DNA of 17,903 bases from a virus, in the UHGV virus genome UHGV-1371914, one strand, 5' to 3'. A program made the translations under genes and the position numbers. Of this stretch, positions 15,145 to 17,903 are shown in pieces (the first letter of the stretch is position 1; the number at the start of each line of letters is the position of its first letter). The notes beneath the pieces were generated by a model. The model searched no databases, was not told the origin of the DNA, and saw only the letters and a program-made list of their open reading frames with translations.

Positions 15145-15959
15145 TGGTAGTTCGCGCAGAGATCATCTCCGCCGCACAATCCGAGATCGGGTACTCCCGA
15201 TGGGCCGATGATGGTACGGGGACAAAGTATGGGCGCTGGTACGCCCAAGCGACCGGCTCACCCAGTTTCGGTGCCTCGGGTGTTCCCTACTGCGATATGT
15301 TCGTTAGTTATGTTCTATCGAAAGTCGGAATTAACTGGCTAAGCGCCTACGTCCCCGGACGTGAAGCCCAAGCCAGGCAGCGCGGCGTCCTCATTAACAA
15401 ATGGGACGTTCGCCCCGGCGATCTAGTCACCTTCGACTGGCAGGGCGACGGAGAGTCCGACCATATCGGTTTTGCCACGAGTGCCCCCTACGGAACCAAT
15501 ATCGACACCATTGAAGGCAATACTTCCTGGGGATATTCCGGTTCGCAGGGAAATGGTGGCGTCGTCACAAATAAGCAGCGCAGTATGGATGACGTTGTGT
15601 GGGGTATTCGCGTAGTTGACGACAATTCCGCGATTTCCAGTGGCGGCAATATCAAGGACATTCAGCGAATTCTCGGCGCTATCCAGGACAACATTCTTGG
15701 CGTCGACACTGAGAAGCGAATGTGCGCCGTAATCAAAGCCAGCAATTGGGGTGGTCGCGAGTTCCCGTGGGGTGTTGCCTACACCCAAAGCGTCGTAGGC
15801 ACCACTCCCGACGGCGTATGGGGCGACGCCAGCGAGGCTGCGCATGATCGCGTCATCGAGTCCCTACAGGGCGCCCTAGGTGTCACCATCGACGGTGTAT
15901 GGGGTCCCGAGACCTGGGCTGCATGGGAGCGACTGGCCCGCACCGCAGAACGCCCATAA
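15144..15959 (+). CDS. Endolysin: N-terminal CHAP peptidase/amidase domain + C-terminal PG_binding_1 peptidoglycan-binding repeats (271 aa)
   Basis: GAGGAAAGG RBS. CHAP catalytic Cys in GVPYCDMFVSY and His in ESDHIGF. C-terminal DGVWG..xxW repeats (TPDGVWGDASEAAHDRV, IDGVWGPETWAAWERL) typical of the PG_binding_1 domain. Confidence 0.85.
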   Translation: MVVRAEIISAAQSEIGYSRWADDGTGTKYGRWYAQATGSPSFGASGVPYCDMFVSYVLSKVGINWLSAYVPGREAQARQRGVLINKWDVRPGDLVTFDWQGDGESDHIGFATSAPYGTNIDTIEGNTSWGYSGSQGNGGVVTNKQRSMDDVVWGIRVVDDNSAISSGGNIKDIQRILGAIQDNILGVDTEKRMCAVIKASNWGGREFPWGVAYTQSVVGTTPDGVWGDASEAAHDRVIESLQGALGVTIDGVWGPETWAAWERLARTAERP

Positions 15960-15964
15960 TAAAC

Positions 15965-16006
15965 AGTTAATCCCCGGAAGGAACCAACCACTTCCGGGGA
16001 TTAACT
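15965..16006. terminator. Convergent (bidirectional) terminator: perfect 16-bp stem agttaatccccggaag / cttccggggattaact with 10-nt loop
   Basis: Arms 15965-15980 / 15991-16006. An A-tract upstream on + gives a U-tract for the - strand transcript. Sits between the end of the + late operon (15959) and the end of the - right-arm operon (16013). Confidence 0.6.
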
Positions 16007-16012
16007 ATGTCC

Positions 16013-16288
16013 TCACATATCAAGTGCTGTCAAATCAACTCCAATCGACTCGAGACATTCATAATAGAATTCGCGGCATTTCTCTCCGCCGTTGTGTCCG
16101 AAACGCTTAATAGTGTTTTGTCCTGTCAACTTATCTGAAAATATCACGCGGTTATCCGGCCAGCCATAAACGTCAAGACGATAATCGTCACCGTCAATCA
16201 GAATGCGAGTACACCTAACCACGATATTATATCCTGGGAGTTGGTCTACCAGATTAAGTTTCTTAGCGAATTCGCTGAAATGATACAT
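16013..16288 (-). CDS. Hypothetical right-arm early protein (91 aa)
   Basis: ORF track. GGGGGT SD upstream. TAATG overlap with the upstream gene, consistent with translational coupling. AT-rich. No motif recognised. Confidence 0.45.
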   Translation of the reverse strand: MYHFSEFAKKLNLVDQLPGYNIVVRCTRILIDGDDYRLDVYGWPDNRVIFSDKLTGQNTIKRFGHNGGEKCREFYYECLESIGVDLTALDM

Positions 16289-16575
16289 TAAATTACCCCC
16301 ATGCTTTCCAGGCCCAGAAACAGTAGTGTTAGATTTCGTTCCGCAAGACTATTGAAGTAAACAATCGTTCCACTTTCTGTTTTATGTGGATTCCAGGCTT
16401 CCAGGCAGTAATCATTAATTAAACGAAATGCTGTATTGTTGCAATAAATAATGTTTGCGCCGCCTGGCGTGTAACATTCTTTCATTCCATGTGAGCGAAG
16501 TTTACGTTTAACTCCTGCTATGTTCGTGTAATAACGATGGTAATTGTGTGCATTAATACTATTCATCGCTATCAC
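16288..16575 (-). CDS. Hypothetical right-arm early protein (95 aa; GTG 16575 or ATG 16566 start), Cys/His-containing
   Basis: ORF track. Start uncertain. AT-rich. No confident motif. Confidence 0.4.
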   Translation of the reverse strand: MIAMNSINAHNYHRYYTNIAGVKRKLRSHGMKECYTPGGANIIYCNNTAFRLINDYCLEAWNPHKTESGTIVYFNSLAERNLTLLFLGLESMGVI

Positions 16576-16636
16576 ACTTCAGCGACTTAACCCACAACGC
16601 CGACCGTTCAGGAGTATCATTAAGGTTCGTATGCTT

Positions 16637-16646
16637 AATATACCAA
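16637..16646 (-). promoter_or_regulatory. Candidate internal promoter on - strand with extended -10 (TGgTATATT)
   Basis: Reverse complement of 16637-16646 is ttggtatatt, matching the TGnTATAAT extended -10 at 8/9 positions. It lies about 60 nt upstream of the 16575/16566 start. Confidence 0.2.
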
Positions 16647-16677
16647 TTGCTATCGCCCGTGCGCTCAAGAATTACCA

Positions 16678-16845
16678 TTATTTGAAGTTCCTATCTGTCT
16701 CAATGATGACCTGGAAAATGGTGGTATTAAGTGTGTCGAAATCTCCTGGATTTGTTTTTACTGAAAATTTCTCTCCCCGATAAATAACAGATGTTGAGAC
16801 AAGTGGTCCGACTACACACGATACAATTAGAAGGTCTGAAAGCAT
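16678..16845 (-). CDS. Possible small ORF (55 aa) in the 345-bp gap of the right-arm operon; alternatively a remnant of a decayed gene
   Basis: ATG from the reverse complement of 16843-16845 through TAA at the reverse complement of 16678-16680. Below the track cutoff. Two shorter ORFs (18 and 10 aa) lie in other frames just upstream. Confidence 0.15.
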   Translation of the reverse strand: MLSDLLIVSCVVGPLVSTSVIYRGEKFSVKTNPGDFDTLNTTIFQVIIETDRNFK

Positions 16846-16921
16846 GACCGCAAGTTCATTTCCACCTGATATGTGTTCGATCGTATCTTGTAGAAAATTT
16901 TTGTTGATTCATCGATAATTG

Positions 16922-17161
16922 TCATTTTTCTTCCTCATCTATGTCATTGATGAAACTAGTAATTGAACTAAATATGTAATCTGTCTCGCCAATCTCACCA
17001 ATAATATGAAATTTCTTTTTCTTATAAATCACAATCCAAGACACAAATGATTCAATCAGCCTAACACTTAGTACAATACTAGGTGTCTTGACTATGATGT
17101 CATTTCCTTCACTCGCATATCCAATTATGTCGTTAATTAACCATTTAAGCGCATTATTCAC
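16922..17161 (-). CDS. Hypothetical right-arm early protein (79 aa, acidic C-terminus DIDEEEK)
   Basis: ORF track. 8-nt overlap with the upstream gene. AT-rich. Confidence 0.4.
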   Translation of the reverse strand: MNNALKWLINDIIGYASEGNDIIVKTPSIVLSVRLIESFVSWIVIYKKKKFHIIGEIGETDYIFSSITSFINDIDEEEK

Positions 17162-17390
17162 GGTTTCTTACCACACTGTTTTCAATTCCTGTTTTGCTTG
17201 AAATTATATTATCAATCGAAATTATGTGATACTCATTCGTGACATTCTTAAAATAATGGATGCGATTAGTGTCGGAATAATAGGCGATTTGATATCCCTT
17301 CAATAATACATTAGCGATAAAATTAGAAACTTTCCAATAGGTGAGGGTGACAAAACCGTCACCCTCACCATGATGCGACCTACGCCTCAC
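17154..17390 (-). CDS. Hypothetical right-arm early protein (78 aa, basic N-terminus)
   Basis: ORF track. ATGA start/stop overlap with 17387..17620. AT-rich. Confidence 0.4.
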   Translation of the reverse strand: MRRRSHHGEGDGFVTLTYWKVSNFIANVLLKGYQIAYYSDTNRIHYFKNVTNEYHIISIDNIISSKTGIENSVVRNRE

Positions 17391-17620
17391 AACCGATCAC
17401 CAAACCAAGCCAACAACTCCCACTGAGAACCAAACCAAAACGAATCGCCATCCGTATCACGCACCTCCCACTTCCGAGAACCACGACGAAAAACATAAAT
17501 CTTATCACCACCATAAGACACCAAGCCCCTCTGACCTGCCGCCCAAGTCTGAACGCTGTACCCTGCCTCCTCGTAGAACTTGCTCGCCCCTGCCCCAAGC
17601 AGTGTCTTGATTGCTTCCAT
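17387..17620 (-). CDS. Hypothetical right-arm early protein (77 aa from the ATG at 17620; the alternative ATG 17635 gives 82 aa); first gene driven from the right ITR
   Basis: Identical ITR-encoded GGAAGGA RBS and 6-nt spacer as the left-end gene. GC-rich, unlike the downstream right-arm genes. Confidence 0.5.
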   Translation of the reverse strand: MEAIKTLLGAGASKFYEEAGYSVQTWAAGQRGLVSYGGDKIYVFRRGSRKWEVRDTDGDSFWFGSQWELLAWFGDRL

Positions 17621-17667
17621 TTCAGTTCCTTCCATTCCCAGCGGGCTAACCCCGCCCCGTTCGTGTA

Positions 17668-17699
17668 TTAATAATGCACCGCAGTTCTCCGACAGTCAA
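17668..17699 (-). promoter_or_regulatory. Mirror copy of the candidate ITR promoter, driving right-arm early genes inward on the - strand
   Basis: ITR mirror of 205-236. The first gene (17387..17620) follows an identical UTR and RBS. Confidence 0.3.
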
Positions 17700-17742
17700 C
17701 CCGAAAACGTGTGAACTAAAACACAGCAACATATGTCCTAAC

Positions 17743-17780
17743 ATAAGCGGCCCTATTGTACTGACAATAGGACCGCTTAT
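17743..17780. repeat. Mirror copy of the ITR palindrome
   Basis: ITR mirror of 124-161. Confidence 0.6.
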
Positions 17781-17903
17781 TAATGTGCCCTACCGCCGAC
17801 CTACCACATTAGGTGAACATTGTCAAGCGAATTCATGTGATGTACCACACAAATAGACCAAAATGGGGGTGATCTTTGTCACATGATAGGGGGGCACAGA
17901 CAC

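Larger units (their letters stand above)
17618..17903. repeat. Right inverted terminal repeat (ITR), 286 bp
   Basis: Reverse complement of bases 1-286 (single mismatch, 17621 vs 283). Confidence 0.9.

Noticed and set aside
15423-15991. 140-aa and 70-aa - strand ORFs
   Set aside because: They are antisense to the endolysin gene and cross the convergent terminator.
16544-16783. 79-aa + strand ORF in the right-arm gap
   Set aside because: It is on the opposite strand to the surrounding inward - strand operon, has no RBS, and is a hydrophobic off-frame product of AT-rich DNA. The gap is discussed as a possible decayed gene or ncRNA instead.
1-17903. tRNA genes, CRISPR arrays, integrase/attachment sites
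   Set aside because: No cloverleaf-like tRNA candidate, no direct-repeat array and no recombinase-like ORF was seen by eye. This genome type is strictly lytic and linear. A tRNAscan or minced run would be needed to exclude these formally.

Overview
The window appears to be a complete ~17.9-kb linear dsDNA phage genome of the phi29 / Cp-1 / Av-1 type (small protein-primed podovirus, Salasmaviridae/Picovirinae-like). Its two ends are a 286-bp inverted terminal repeat (bases 1-286 and 17618-17903, reverse-complementary with a single mismatch at 283). An early module on the + strand, driven from the left ITR, encodes three small unknown proteins, a phi29 p5-like SSB, a putative terminal protein, a phi29-type family-B protein-primed DNA polymerase (ExoI/II/III, DxxSLYPS, KxxxNSxYG, YxDTDS motifs all present) and a small ribbon-helix-helix protein. 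Hairpin terminators lie after the SSB gene and at the early/late junction. The late module on the + strand encodes: an acidic scaffold-like protein; a major capsid protein with a C-terminal Ig-like domain; a gp9-like tail knob with a large Ala/Gln/Gly-rich insertion; a portal clearly related to phi29 gp10; a collar protein; an appendage/fiber with an SGNH-esterase signature; a gp13-like tail lysin (lysozyme-like N-terminus plus NlpC/P60 C-terminus); a gp16-like packaging ATPase; and a lysis cassette of two small membrane proteins plus a CHAP + PG_binding_1 endolysin. After a 16-bp-stem convergent terminator, an AT-rich right-arm operon of five or six small unknown ORFs is transcribed inward from the right ITR on the - strand. 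The most unusual points are: the ITR carries promoter, 5'UTR, RBS and start codon for the terminal gene at each end; the AT-rich right arm; an attenuator-like terminator containing the putative TP start; domain shuffling in the fiber and tail lysin; and no obvious pRNA locus despite a gp16-like ATPase. The host is probably a Gram-positive with strong GGAGG Shine-Dalgarno usage, possibly actinobacterial given the endolysin architecture, but the genus cannot be determined. No tRNA, CRISPR array or integrase was seen.
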